Shown here: positions 25,217 through 34,388 of the stretch, one piece after another
Numbering within the stretch: the stretch's first letter is position 1
Layout of the letters: each line of letters starts with the position of its first letter
Source: Candidatus Zambryskibacteria bacterium RIFCSPHIGHO2_01_FULL_43_25
GTDB taxonomy: Bacteria > Patescibacteriota > Minisyncoccia > Phycocordibacterales > Zambryskibacteraceae
Assembly: GCA_001823695.1 (NCBI GenBank)
Contig: MHVD01000004.1
Location: forward strand, 1-41,428
DNA length: 41,428 bases
Direction: 5' to 3'
Notes under the pieces: generated by a model
Told to the model about the DNA's origin: nothing
The model's input: the letters and a program-made list of their open reading frames with translations, nothing else
The model's database searches: none
Position numbers and translations under genes: made by a program

Positions 25217-26379
25217 CTCTTATGTCTAACAGCAAGAGAGCATCAAGCGTAGCAAGACCGTTGAGCAAATCCGAAGAGATAGCGATGTATTTCGGGTTTG
25301 TACCGATTGAAAATCCGTCAATCTGCAGAAAAGACAACCAGATCGCTAAGCAGTTGAAAGAGAGACCGGCTAGAGACGAAAGAATTTGCTTCTGCAATCC
25401 AGCGGAAAAGGCCGCCCTACTGCGAACGTATGAGGAAAGTGATTTGAATCAATGGCCACACCCGGTGCAGGTCTATTACAAGAAAGAAGCCGACAGTCGA
25501 ATTGGCAGTTTGGTCGGGCTGGATATTTTCGGCGCCAATACCAGCGCCAGCAATGCCCTGTTAATCAGAAGCGCAGTTTCAATGCTTGAAGAAAAAGGTC
25601 TTGACGACCTGTTTGTGGAAGTAAACAGCATCGGCGATAAAAATTCATTTACCGAATTTGAAAGACAGGTGGTAACTTTTATAAGAAAAAATGCAAACGA
25701 CATACCCGCGTCCATTCACAGACTTTTGAGGCACAATCCCTTCCACATTCTAAATGCCGAAGATCCGAAAATAAAAGATTTTGCCGAAAACGCACCAAAG
25801 GCGATTAACTTTTTGTCGGAAAACTCCAGAGTGTACTTAAAAGAAGTGATTGAATATCTGGAAGGTTTCGGCATGCCTTATATTATCAAACATTCTCTTA
25901 CGGCCAATCCAACGGTTTGCTCCGGAGTAATATTCCAAATAAAAAGCGAGAAGAACGAAGACGGCGACGTACTGGCCATGGGATTCTCGTATGGCAAATT
26001 CTCAAGAAGGGTCGGCCTAAGAAGAGAATTGCCGGCAATCGGTGTGACAATACATTTAGGAGAAGATAAGAAAATCAAATCTCCGATGCCGAAAATCAAG
26101 TTTTCGCTGATTCAACTCGGCTTTGAAGCGAAATTGAAAACTCTAAACATAGTTGAAGCGCTGAGAAGAGCCCGCGTGCCGGTATCGTTTTCCCTTATGA
26201 GAGACAAGCTAGCTAGCCAGCTTTCAAGCGCAGAGGATAGTAATGTCCCCTATGTAATAATCATAGGCCAGAAAGAGGCGCTGGAAGACACCGTCGTGAT
26301 CAGAGATATGGATACCAGAGTTCAAGAAATTGTGCCCGCATCTGAACTGTCAAACTACATTAGAAGAATCAGGGGCTAA
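25213..26379 (+). CDS. histidyl-tRNA-synthetase-like class II aaRS homolog with degenerate catalytic motifs and an intact anticodon-binding domain
   Basis: Collinear with HisRS: the middle (LRHNPFHILNAEDPKIKDF versus R.NPLRILD.K.P) and the C-terminal anticodon-binding domain (YVIIIGQKEALEDTVVIRDMDT) both align. LRPEGTA is replaced by CNPAEKA, FRYERPQKGRYRQF by VYYKKEADSRIGSL, GLDYYT by ANPTVCS and GGGRYD by MGFSYG. The alignment is from memory and needs checking. Confidence 0.45.
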   Translation: MTLMSNSKRASSVARPLSKSEEIAMYFGFVPIENPSICRKDNQIAKQLKERPARDERICFCNPAEKAALLRTYEESDLNQWPHPVQVYYKKEADSRIGSLVGLDIFGANTSASNALLIRSAVSMLEEKGLDDLFVEVNSIGDKNSFTEFERQVVTFIRKNANDIPASIHRLLRHNPFHILNAEDPKIKDFAENAPKAINFLSENSRVYLKEVIEYLEGFGMPYIIKHSLTANPTVCSGVIFQIKSEKNEDGDVLAMGFSYGKFSRRVGLRRELPAIGVTIHLGEDKKIKSPMPKIKFSLIQLGFEAKLKTLNIVEALRRARVPVSFSLMRDKLASQLSSAEDSNVPYVIIIGQKEALEDTVVIRDMDTRVQEIVPASELSNYIRRIRG

Positions 26380-26456
26380 CGACCCACCGGCCAAGATGGG
26401 CCGCTTTACCGACATCTATTGCCACAGGTATTCTTAGGTGTTATACTTGCGCATCT

Positions 26457-26708
26457 ATGGCAATAAACGTGGAAATAAAAAAGACCGGAAATGAGAACAA
26501 TATCTCAATTTTGAGGAAATTCTCCAAGCGTGTTCAATCTGCCGGATTACTGCAGAAAGTCCGCTCCAAGCGATACAGCGAACGAAACATGTCGGAAGCT
26601 GTGAAGAAAAAGAAGGCCCTGAAATCCATCAAAAGGCGCGAAGAGATCGCGATGATGATTAAGATGGGTAAAATCATACCAAATGCCAAAAGAGGCCACC
26701 GTAGATAA
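26457..26708 (+). CDS. rpsU: 30S ribosomal protein S21
   Basis: 83 aa. ILRKFSKRVQSAGLLQKVRSKRYSERNMSE matches the bS21 pattern (LRRFKR...G.L.E.RRR.YEKP). Confidence 0.7.
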   Translation: MAINVEIKKTGNENNISILRKFSKRVQSAGLLQKVRSKRYSERNMSEAVKKKKALKSIKRREEIAMMIKMGKIIPNAKRGHRR

Positions 26709-27087
26709 CAGCAATTTCTCTATAAAAAATCTGACAAAAGGCAAGCCACCACGCTTGCCTTTTGCAAGGATAAAGGCGGAAATTTTAGGCAAGAAATACA
26801 ATCTCTCTCTAGTCTTTGCTGGAAACGCTCTGACAGAGAGACTCAACACCACATACAGAGGCAAGCATAAGCCGACAAACGTACTGTCTTTCCCACTGTC
26901 AAAAACCTCTGGAGAAATTTTTGTGAACCTAAAACAAGCAAAAAAAGAGGCAAGAAAGTTTGGAGAAGGTTACAGAAACTTTGTCGGATTATTGTTTATC
27001 CACGGTCTTCTCCATTTGAAAGATATGCGCCACGGTATTAAAATGGAGCAAGCTGAAAAGCGTTTGAGAAAAAGGTTTCTCATTTGA
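26683..27087 (+). CDS. ybeY: rRNA maturation endoribonuclease YbeY
   Basis: Zinc motif HGLLHLKDMRHG (H-x3-H-x5-H) plus TNVLSFP. Overlaps the rpsU 3' end by 26 nt. Confidence 0.75.
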   Translation: MPKEATVDNSNFSIKNLTKGKPPRLPFARIKAEILGKKYNLSLVFAGNALTERLNTTYRGKHKPTNVLSFPLSKTSGEIFVNLKQAKKEARKFGEGYRNFVGLLFIHGLLHLKDMRHGIKMEQAEKRLRKRFLI

Positions 27088-27183
27088 GAACACACTGCAA
27101 CTGACCAACGGTGACTCGCAATTAAATAACCGACAGCGATATTCAGTTGTCAGGCGCAAGTCGCAGATTGTTAGTTAGTTATT

Positions 27184-28374
27184 ATGGCAAGAAACATCGC
27201 GATAGGAATAGACATAGGCACATACCAGATCAAGGTGGTCGCTGCCGAACATTTACAGGGCGACAAAATGCGTCCCAAGGTTTTGGGTACTGGTTTTGCG
27301 GAATCGCGTGGTTTGCGCCACGGCTATATTGTCAACGTCTCGGAGGTTACGAGGAGTCTTAAAAACGCTCTGGCCCAAGTTGAAAAAACGTCGCAGTTGC
27401 CAATAAAAAAGGCTTACATTTCCGTGGGCGGCATTGGAATCAGCAGCACTGTCTCCCAAGGCAGTGCGCTTATTTCCAGAGCTGATTCAGAAATAACCGA
27501 ACTTGACCTGTCAAAGGTCATGGAAGCCTGCGAAAACTCAATACCCGCGTCTCTTACGCAAAACAGACGGGTCATACACCGCATCCCCCTTCAGTACAAA
27601 ATTGACGGCAAATTGTCGCTCGGCGATCCAGTCGGAATGAAAGGAATGAAGCTTGAAATAAAAGCGATGTTCGTCACTTGCCTGGAACAGCATCTAAAAT
27701 CGCTCATTGAAGCGGTGGAAGAGACTGGTGTTGAAGTCATTGCGGAGGTTGCCTCACCCATTGCCGCCGCCCACGTAACACTGACAAAAGCGCAGAAGAT
27801 AGCCGGCTGCGTACTGGCAAATATCGGCTCCGAAACCCTATCCATAGTCGTGTTTGAAAACGACATACCAACTTCACTTGAAGTTTTCCCAATTGGTTCA
27901 ACCGACATCACGAAAGATATAGCGCTGGGTCTCCGAATCCCGCTTGAAGAAGCGGAGAGCATAAAACACGGCAGTATTACAGCCACGAGTTTTCCGAAAA
28001 AGAAGCTTGATGAAATAGTTGCCGCCAGACTTTCCGATATGTTTGAGCTAATTGAGGCTCATTTGAAAAAAATAGGAAGAAACGGACTGCTGCCAGCCGG
28101 AATCATTATCACCGGCGGAGGTTCAAGTATCGTTGACATTGCCGAGATCGCAAAATCTTCGCTTCGGCTGCCATCAAGGGTGGCACATATTAATTTCCCG
28201 GATAAAGGAAGTGCAAGATTTGACGATACGCTGTTTGCTGTAGCTTACGGACTTTGCATTTTGGGTTTGACTCAAGACTTAGACGATGGAGAAGGAATGC
28301 TTGGCGGATTTATCAGAGGCAAAGGCGGAGCTTTCGGAGGCATAAAGAGTTGGATAAAACAATTTTTGCCGTAA
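27184..28374 (+). CDS. ftsA: cell division protein FtsA
   Basis: Actin-fold N-terminus IAIGIDIGTYQIKVV, 396 aa, immediately upstream of ftsZ. Confidence 0.85.
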   Translation: MARNIAIGIDIGTYQIKVVAAEHLQGDKMRPKVLGTGFAESRGLRHGYIVNVSEVTRSLKNALAQVEKTSQLPIKKAYISVGGIGISSTVSQGSALISRADSEITELDLSKVMEACENSIPASLTQNRRVIHRIPLQYKIDGKLSLGDPVGMKGMKLEIKAMFVTCLEQHLKSLIEAVEETGVEVIAEVASPIAAAHVTLTKAQKIAGCVLANIGSETLSIVVFENDIPTSLEVFPIGSTDITKDIALGLRIPLEEAESIKHGSITATSFPKKKLDEIVAARLSDMFELIEAHLKKIGRNGLLPAGIIITGGGSSIVDIAEIAKSSLRLPSRVAHINFPDKGSARFDDTLFAVAYGLCILGLTQDLDDGEGMLGGFIRGKGGAFGGIKSWIKQFLP

Positions 28375-28553
28375 AAATTAACTAAATACAGCAGACGAAA
28401 AACTTAAAAACAAACGACCTCTTGAACCTGCTGTCGGGAGTTAAAAGTTATAAGTTTTCAGTTACAAGGACACAATATAGACTTAATGTCAAGTAGCTTC
28501 CCTTTTTAGACCTTTTTGCTAATATGTAGGCACTTTTAAACGAGGAAACAAAT

Positions 28554-29735
28554 ATGCCACAAATTAAACCAGAAGTAGAGTCATTTGCGAGGATAAAGGT
28601 CATCGGCGTTGGCGGATCGGGCAAAAACGCCATAAACCACATGATAAACTCCAAGGTCAGGGGTGTGGACTTTGTAGCTGTAAACACCGATGCACAGGAC
28701 CTCCATCATTCAATGGCCAAAAGGAAGATCCATATCGGAAAGAACTTGACTAGGGGCCTGGGTACGGGAATGAATGTTGAGCTCGGCAAAAAAGCTGTAG
28801 AAGAAACGAAAGAAGAGATACAGGAAGCTATGAAGGGAGCCGACATGGTCTTCATCGCCTGTGGAATGGGCGGCGGCACGGGCACCGGAGCGGCACCAGT
28901 TCTTGCTCGAACAGCGAGAGAAATCGGCTGCCTTACAGTCGCAGTCGTCACCAAACCATTTTTCTTTGAAGGCCTCCAGAGAATGCGATTGGCCGAACAG
29001 GGAATTGAAGATCTGCGCGGTTCGGTAGATGCGCTGATTGTCATTCCAAACGATCGCTTGCTCGCAACAATTGACAAAGATACAACGGCAAAAAATGCGT
29101 TTGCACTTTGCGATGATATTTTGCGCCGCGCCGTTGAAGGAATAACCGATATCATAACCACCCCCGGTATAATCAACATTGACTTTGCCGATATCAGAGC
29201 AGTAATGGAAGGGGCTGGCGCGGCGCTTATGGGCATCGGCTACGCCAGTGGAGAAAAGAGAGCAGAGGAGGCGGCGCGAATCGCCATCAACTCTCCCCTT
29301 CTGGAAATTTCAATTACCGGCGCTCGCGGTGTGCTCTTCTCTATCGCCGGTGGCGATGATCTCACAATGTTTGAAATACAAGATGCCGCAAAAATTATCA
29401 CCGAATCCGCCGACCCGAATGCCAAGATTATATTCGGAACCGCCAGAGACGAGAAGCTCAAAAAGGGAGAAATCAAGATTACCGTTATCGCTTCAGGTTT
29501 TCCCGAAAATCTGGTAAAGAAGACCCTTTTCCACGAAGACGGAGACATTGAAAAGAAAGGACGAATTTACAACTCATTCCCGACTTTTACCCAGAAAGAA
29601 AAGGAAAAAGAGAAAGAAAAGGATAAGGAAAAAGACGAAGAAAAGAAAGTTGAACCGCCCCAGACTGCTCCGGCCGTTGAGGATAATGACGACGATTGGG
29701 GCGCCGTGCCGGCGTTTTTGAGAAGAAAAAAATAA
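28554..29735 (+). CDS. ftsZ: cell division GTPase FtsZ
   Basis: Tubulin signature GGGTGTGAAPV, T7 loop, and a C-terminal K/E-rich linker followed by DDDWGAVPAFLRRKK. Confidence 0.93.
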   Translation: MPQIKPEVESFARIKVIGVGGSGKNAINHMINSKVRGVDFVAVNTDAQDLHHSMAKRKIHIGKNLTRGLGTGMNVELGKKAVEETKEEIQEAMKGADMVFIACGMGGGTGTGAAPVLARTAREIGCLTVAVVTKPFFFEGLQRMRLAEQGIEDLRGSVDALIVIPNDRLLATIDKDTTAKNAFALCDDILRRAVEGITDIITTPGIINIDFADIRAVMEGAGAALMGIGYASGEKRAEEAARIAINSPLLEISITGARGVLFSIAGGDDLTMFEIQDAAKIITESADPNAKIIFGTARDEKLKKGEIKITVIASGFPENLVKKTLFHEDGDIEKKGRIYNSFPTFTQKEKEKEKEKDKEKDEEKKVEPPQTAPAVEDNDDDWGAVPAFLRRKK

Positions 29736-29786
29736 ATTAGGCACTAGTTATTAGACTCTAGGCTTTAGAACAACCAAACCACACCA

Positions 29787-29822
29787 ACAAACCGTTCCGC
29801 CTGCTGGCGGACGGTTTGTTGT
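29787..29822. terminator. intrinsic terminator, CCGCC-hairpin family copy 2 (AACAAACCGTTCCGCC-TGCT-GGCGGACGGTTTGTT)
   Basis: Immediately after ftsZ. Confidence 0.7.
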
Positions 29823-29833
29823 TTACATTTTTC

Positions 29834-29875
29834 ACCATCACATAAAATCCGCTATAGCGGATTTTATGTGATGGT
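29834..29875 (+). repeat. 42-bp perfect hairpin/palindrome ACCATCACATAAAATCCGC-TATA-GCGGATTTTATGTGATGGT (PalB family copy 2)
   Basis: 19-bp exact stem. Same termini and centre as 22282, with compensatory differences inside the arms. Confidence 0.75.
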
Positions 29876-30333
29876 AGATTGGCAAGATCCAAAAAAGATC
29901 CAAAATGAAGAAGTTCTTCCCCTTCACGAGAAGAGACTGCAAACACGGGCAGAAGAGTGCCGCCGCGTTCGCAAGAACGTGGCGGGTTTTTATTTTGCCT
30001 TTAATTTCTTAACATCAGCAGTATCCCAACTTATCAGCGACCGCATATAAGTTGGAATACTTTGTTTAGTTAGAAGTAGTAGTGGTGAGTAGTGGATTGT
30101 CTGTTGTTAGTTTTTTGTGCGTTAGGAATTTTCAAATTTCTGTATTCCTTCTTGATTCTTTATTCCCCGCCTGCCAGCGCCTGTTGTTGATAAAATTGTT
30201 ATATTCGGATAAAGTGGTAACTACGAATTCTTGCAAAAATCCAGCAACGGGCTTATGGCGGGCAGGCTAATTTATTATTCTTATCTTCATGCTATTCTTT
30301 ATTCGTTATTCCTAATTCTTTATTCTTTTTACC

Positions 30334-31254
30334 ATGTATGAATTGGCAATTTTGGGCGGTGGACCGGCAGGCGTTGCCGCCGGAGTTTATGCAGCCCGAA
30401 AAAAACTAAAAACCGTTTTGATTACGGAGAGCTTCGGCGGACAGAGCACCGAGTCTAGCGGCATACAAAACTGGATCGGCACGATTGAAATTGACGGACT
30501 TGCATTTTCAGAGATGCTCAAAGGGCATCTTTTGGCTTATTCCGACGGAATTATTGATATAAAAGAAGGAGAGAAAATTGAATCAGTCGGCAAGACCGAT
30601 GCTTCGTTTGAAATAAAAACTAATAAAAATACTCACAGAGCGAAAAATTTGCTCATAACAACCGGCAGCCACCGAAGAAAACTAGAAATCCCCGGGGCGG
30701 AGGAGTTCGAAAATCGCGGAATCACATATTGCGCCTCTTGCGACGGACCGCTGTTTTCAGGAAAAGACGTCGTGATTATCGGCGGTGGTAACGCCGGATT
30801 TGAAACAGCTCTGCAATTGCTGGCTCATGCCAAAAGTGTGACCTTGCTTCACAGAAGTGCCAATTTCAAGGCCGACCCGATAACAGTTGAGAAGGTACTG
30901 TCAGACCCCAAAATGAAAGCCCTCAAAAATGTCTTGCCTGTTGAGATAAAGGGAAACAAGTTCGTAACGGAGGTGGTTTACGAAAACAAGGATACCAAAG
31001 AGAGAACGGAAATTCCGGCAGAGGGCGTATTCATAGAGATTGGCTCGGTGCCAAACGTTGATTTTGTGAAAGACCAGCTTGAGCTCAATGAATACAATCA
31101 GATAAAAATAGACCACAGAAATCAGCGCACAAGCGCCGAGGGAATTTGGGCCGCCGGCGATTGCACGGACGCGCTTTTTCATCAAAACAATATAGCTGCC
31201 GGAGATGCTGTTCGGGCGCTTGAAGACATTTATATTCATTTACACACAAGATAA
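30334..31254 (+). CDS. trxB: thioredoxin-disulfide reductase
   Basis: FAD motif GGGPAGVAAGVYAA, redox-active CASCDG, and the NADPH-binding GGGNAG. Confidence 0.85.
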   Translation: MYELAILGGGPAGVAAGVYAARKKLKTVLITESFGGQSTESSGIQNWIGTIEIDGLAFSEMLKGHLLAYSDGIIDIKEGEKIESVGKTDASFEIKTNKNTHRAKNLLITTGSHRRKLEIPGAEEFENRGITYCASCDGPLFSGKDVVIIGGGNAGFETALQLLAHAKSVTLLHRSANFKADPITVEKVLSDPKMKALKNVLPVEIKGNKFVTEVVYENKDTKERTEIPAEGVFIEIGSVPNVDFVKDQLELNEYNQIKIDHRNQRTSAEGIWAAGDCTDALFHQNNIAAGDAVRALEDIYIHLHTR

Positions 31255-31403
31255 TCCCGTAAGAAATAGGAAGTGCTAATGAATGAAGACAAAAATGGAA
31301 AAATATCTAGAATATTACAAAAATAATCTTACGCAGGACTCGCTGACCGCGGCCTGCCAGCCCGAACGAATGAATTCTTTCATTCTGGTGGGTTTCTAAC
31401 GGG

Positions 31404-32048
31404 ATGAAAAAACCAAGACTTTTAGTGTTTGCTTCTGGTACAACTTCCGGCGGCGGCTCCGGATTTGAAAACCTAGTGCCAGCGGCAAAAAGCGGCATTT
31501 TGAGCGCAGATATAGTGGCCGTGGTTTCAAACCACGAACAAGGGGGTGTGCGCGAGAAAGCGGACCGCCTTAATATACCTTTTATATATTTCAACGGCCC
31601 CTTCAATGAACAGAGCTATCAAAAAATAGTCGCCGATACGAATGCCGACTTTGTGGCGCTTTCCGGCTGGCTTAAACTGGTTTTGGGTCTTGATCCGGCA
31701 AGAACATTCAACATCCACCCGGGACCGCTTCCAAGATTCGGGGGAAAAGGAATGTACGGAATCCATGTTCATGAAGCTGTGCTGGAAGCTTACAAACGCG
31801 GAGAAGTGACCCATTCAGCAGTTACAATGCACTTCGTAACTCCCATTTACGATGAGGGGCCGGTTTTCTTCCGCTTTCAAGTGCCCATTGAAGTGTTAGA
31901 CACAGCTGAAACACTTGCAGAGCGGGTTCATAAAGCTGAACATGAATGGCAACCGAAAATCACAAATATGGTGGTAAATGAAGAAATTTCATGGGACGGC
32001 AAAAATAGAGAGACACTCAAACTGCCAGCAGGTTACAAAACGATTTAG
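31404..32048 (+). CDS. formyltransferase-family protein (PurN / GAR transformylase-like)
   Basis: NIHPGPLPRFGGKGMYGIHVHEAVLEAYKRGEVTHSAVTMHFVTPIYDEGPV matches the PurN catalytic-region pattern (NIHPSLLP.F.G......A...G....G.T.H.V....D.GPI). Confidence 0.65.
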   Translation: MKKPRLLVFASGTTSGGGSGFENLVPAAKSGILSADIVAVVSNHEQGGVREKADRLNIPFIYFNGPFNEQSYQKIVADTNADFVALSGWLKLVLGLDPARTFNIHPGPLPRFGGKGMYGIHVHEAVLEAYKRGEVTHSAVTMHFVTPIYDEGPVFFRFQVPIEVLDTAETLAERVHKAEHEWQPKITNMVVNEEISWDGKNRETLKLPAGYKTI

Positions 32049-33025
32049 ACGACCAAAACTTCGGGGAAAATCACTCCCTTATATACATAGAGAAGTAGCG
32101 AAATTAGTATCAAAAGAAGTATTCCATAAATGATATTCTTGGGATGCTGTATTTTTATTTTAATGAATACCATTAGAACAAGAGCAATGGCTACTACTGC
32201 CGCCAGAACAAGGTAAATTGTGTTTATATTCTCTTTCGGGCTGGTCAGTAAGGTGGAAGGATTCGCGATTGTTTCAACTTCTGCGCTTCCATTCAGGGCC
32301 AGAGATTCTTCGGCAACCGGATTTTCAACCGCTATGAATGTATCAGTTTCAGACAGAACTTTCGGCACGGAGATTGGTTTGGCAATTTCTTTGGTTGCTG
32401 TTTTTTCCGGCGCAACCTGGGAAGAAACGAGAGGCTCCGGAGTTTCAACGAAAATAGCTTTCCTTAGCATCGGACGGCCGAACATTTGAACTACAAACAC
32501 CGTTTCTCTGCCGTTGTAATACCCCTTGGCAGTCGCTATGCCTATCTCTGTGAATTTGCCATTTAAAATATTTGCTCTGTGGGACGCGGAACTCATCCAG
32601 GCCCTGTCAACATCAAATGAGTCAGAAAAGTTTACGGCCAGGTTTTCACCGGCGTAAGAGTATTCATAACCGGCTTTTTGAAACCAAAACCAAGGCTCGG
32701 TGCCGTCAGGACTCATATGAGCAAAATAACCTTTGGCCGCCATATCATCGGCTTTGAGTTGGGCCGCTTTTTCCAAAATCGGATTTATCGCCAGAGAAGA
32801 AATGTTGCTTGAAAGTCGTTCTACATTTGCCAAATCAACCAGCGCTTTGGGAATAACTGCGCTCAGAAGATCGGTTTTTGTTATGACTAGACCGTGGATA
32901 ACGGAAAAGAAAAAGATAAAAACTGAAAGCCCTGCCAGTATGGAAACCGAGGTCTTCCGCAGAATATGCGGCTTGTATTCGTTGTTTTTGTTGGGAATGA
33001 AGTATTTTCTCAAGATTTCTTTCAT
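32045..33025 (-). CDS. membrane-anchored CAP-domain (SCP/PR-1/YkwD-like) protein
   Basis: TM helix at residues about 30-50. CAP motifs: GYFAHMSPDGTEPWF, YAGENLAVN, WMSSASHRANILNGKFTEIGIATA. Confidence 0.7.
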   Translation of the reverse strand: MKEILRKYFIPNKNNEYKPHILRKTSVSILAGLSVFIFFFSVIHGLVITKTDLLSAVIPKALVDLANVERLSSNISSLAINPILEKAAQLKADDMAAKGYFAHMSPDGTEPWFWFQKAGYEYSYAGENLAVNFSDSFDVDRAWMSSASHRANILNGKFTEIGIATAKGYYNGRETVFVVQMFGRPMLRKAIFVETPEPLVSSQVAPEKTATKEIAKPISVPKVLSETDTFIAVENPVAEESLALNGSAEVETIANPSTLLTSPKENINTIYLVLAAVVAIALVLMVFIKIKIQHPKNIIYGILLLILISLLLYVYKGVIFPEVLVV

Positions 33026-33047
33026 TAACCCCTATTATACCACAATA

Positions 33048-33719
33048 TTAATTCTGTGGCAAGTTTTCGGAGCTTACGTATTCAGTATACACCACAAGGC
33101 GCTCATCGTAAGTTTTTTTCTCCGGAATCCATATCCCGTCGCAAGTAATCAGATTAAGCGCCACTTTAGTGGTAGTTCCGAATATTCTCTCAAGCGGCGG
33201 GTCGTGATAATCTACCAGCCCTATCTCCCTAACCTTAAACTGAATCCTCTTCCCTTCCGAAATTACATAAATGTCATCATCAATTTTTAGATTTTTAAGA
33301 TCGTGGAACACGGCGGGTTTGGAATCGTCGCCTCTATCCAAGTGTCCCGCCATAACCGAATTGCCGACCGAGCCCGGAGTCGGTCCGTATCTGTACCATC
33401 CGACATTTTGGTATTTATCAGGCGTTCCCATTTCCCCACTACGAGTAATGCCAACGTCTTCAATCAAGGCATCAACGCCGATTGCCGGAATAATTATTTT
33501 CTCCGGCGTACTACTGGAAATTCTCGCGCTGGCTTCACCATCAGGCGACGGCATAGACAGCGCTCTGGCTCTGTCGGAAGCAGATAGGATTATAATTACA
33601 ATTATCAGGGCAATGACAAAAACCACATTGGTTGCAACTAGGTAACGGTTTTTCAAAACAAATTTCTTCGCTTTTTTTGCGATTTTTATGAAGTTTTTGC
33701 GCGTCAATATGATTGTCAT
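33048..33719 (-). CDS. sortase (transpeptidase)
   Basis: Catalytic TLxTC-type motif LNLITCDGIW, the His in NSVMAGHLDRGD, and an N-terminal TM anchor. Confidence 0.8.
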   Translation of the reverse strand: MTIILTRKNFIKIAKKAKKFVLKNRYLVATNVVFVIALIIVIIILSASDRARALSMPSPDGEASARISSSTPEKIIIPAIGVDALIEDVGITRSGEMGTPDKYQNVGWYRYGPTPGSVGNSVMAGHLDRGDDSKPAVFHDLKNLKIDDDIYVISEGKRIQFKVREIGLVDYHDPPLERIFGTTTKVALNLITCDGIWIPEKKTYDERLVVYTEYVSSENLPQN

Positions 33720-33723
33720 TTCG

Positions 33724-34332
33724 TTATAGCGACAGTTTTAGAAGCGTATTGAGCAGTGACAGCATCTGGACGAGAATCACTTGGAGATTTTTTATTTTGT
33801 CAGACAGGGCGGCTATTTGCTCCTTTTCAGATTGAGCGGGCACATTTGCATCTTCCGATTTTGGCGCTCCAAAGTAAACAACAATGTAATACGAACTTTT
33901 CCCCGAATAGATTCCCGAAGCGGCATACGCCCCAACGTCTTCAAATTTTTCATTAAGCAGGTTCGCCTTGTGGGTGGAAGACATCATCCAGTAGGCAACC
34001 ACGTTTTCTGCTTCAAACACATGAACCGCGAGGTTTTCACCCGCTCTAGAATACGGGTAATTTACTCTCTCCAATATCGGCCAAGTGCCACCGGATTGCG
34101 ATTTGCTGTGCTCCAAATACCCCTTGCCGGCGAGCTCCTCGGCTTTCACCCTGGCCGCTTGGGCAAGTTCCGGACTCTCGCTCAGGACAGAGAGATTGTA
34201 TTCCAATCTCCTTCCGTTTATTTCCTCAATAATCTCTTGGGGTGTTATGCCCGCCGAAACGCTTAGAGGCCCTAAAATGAGACTAAGAAGTGATAACAAC
34301 AGTAAAAGACGGCTCATATTCTTCTCTAGCAT
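33724..34332 (-). CDS. secreted CAP-domain (SCP/PR-1-like) protein
   Basis: Signal peptide, then GKGYLEHSKSQSGG...YSRAGENLAVH...WMMSSTHKANLLNEKFEDVGA. Confidence 0.7.
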   Translation of the reverse strand: MLEKNMSRLLLLLSLLSLILGPLSVSAGITPQEIIEEINGRRLEYNLSVLSESPELAQAARVKAEELAGKGYLEHSKSQSGGTWPILERVNYPYSRAGENLAVHVFEAENVVAYWMMSSTHKANLLNEKFEDVGAYAASGIYSGKSSYYIVVYFGAPKSEDANVPAQSEKEQIAALSDKIKNLQVILVQMLSLLNTLLKLSL

Positions 34333-34340
34333 AATACAAA

Positions 34341-34380
34341 AACCCGCCCTTCCGCCAGCTGGCGAAGGAACGGGGTCTTT
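34341..34380. terminator. intrinsic terminator, CCGCC-hairpin family copy 3 (CCCG-CCTTCCGCC-AGCT-GGCGAAGG-AACGGGG)
   Basis: Lies downstream of the giant surface-protein gene on the minus strand, with a T-run on the minus strand. Confidence 0.6.
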
Positions 34381-34388
34381 GTCATACT

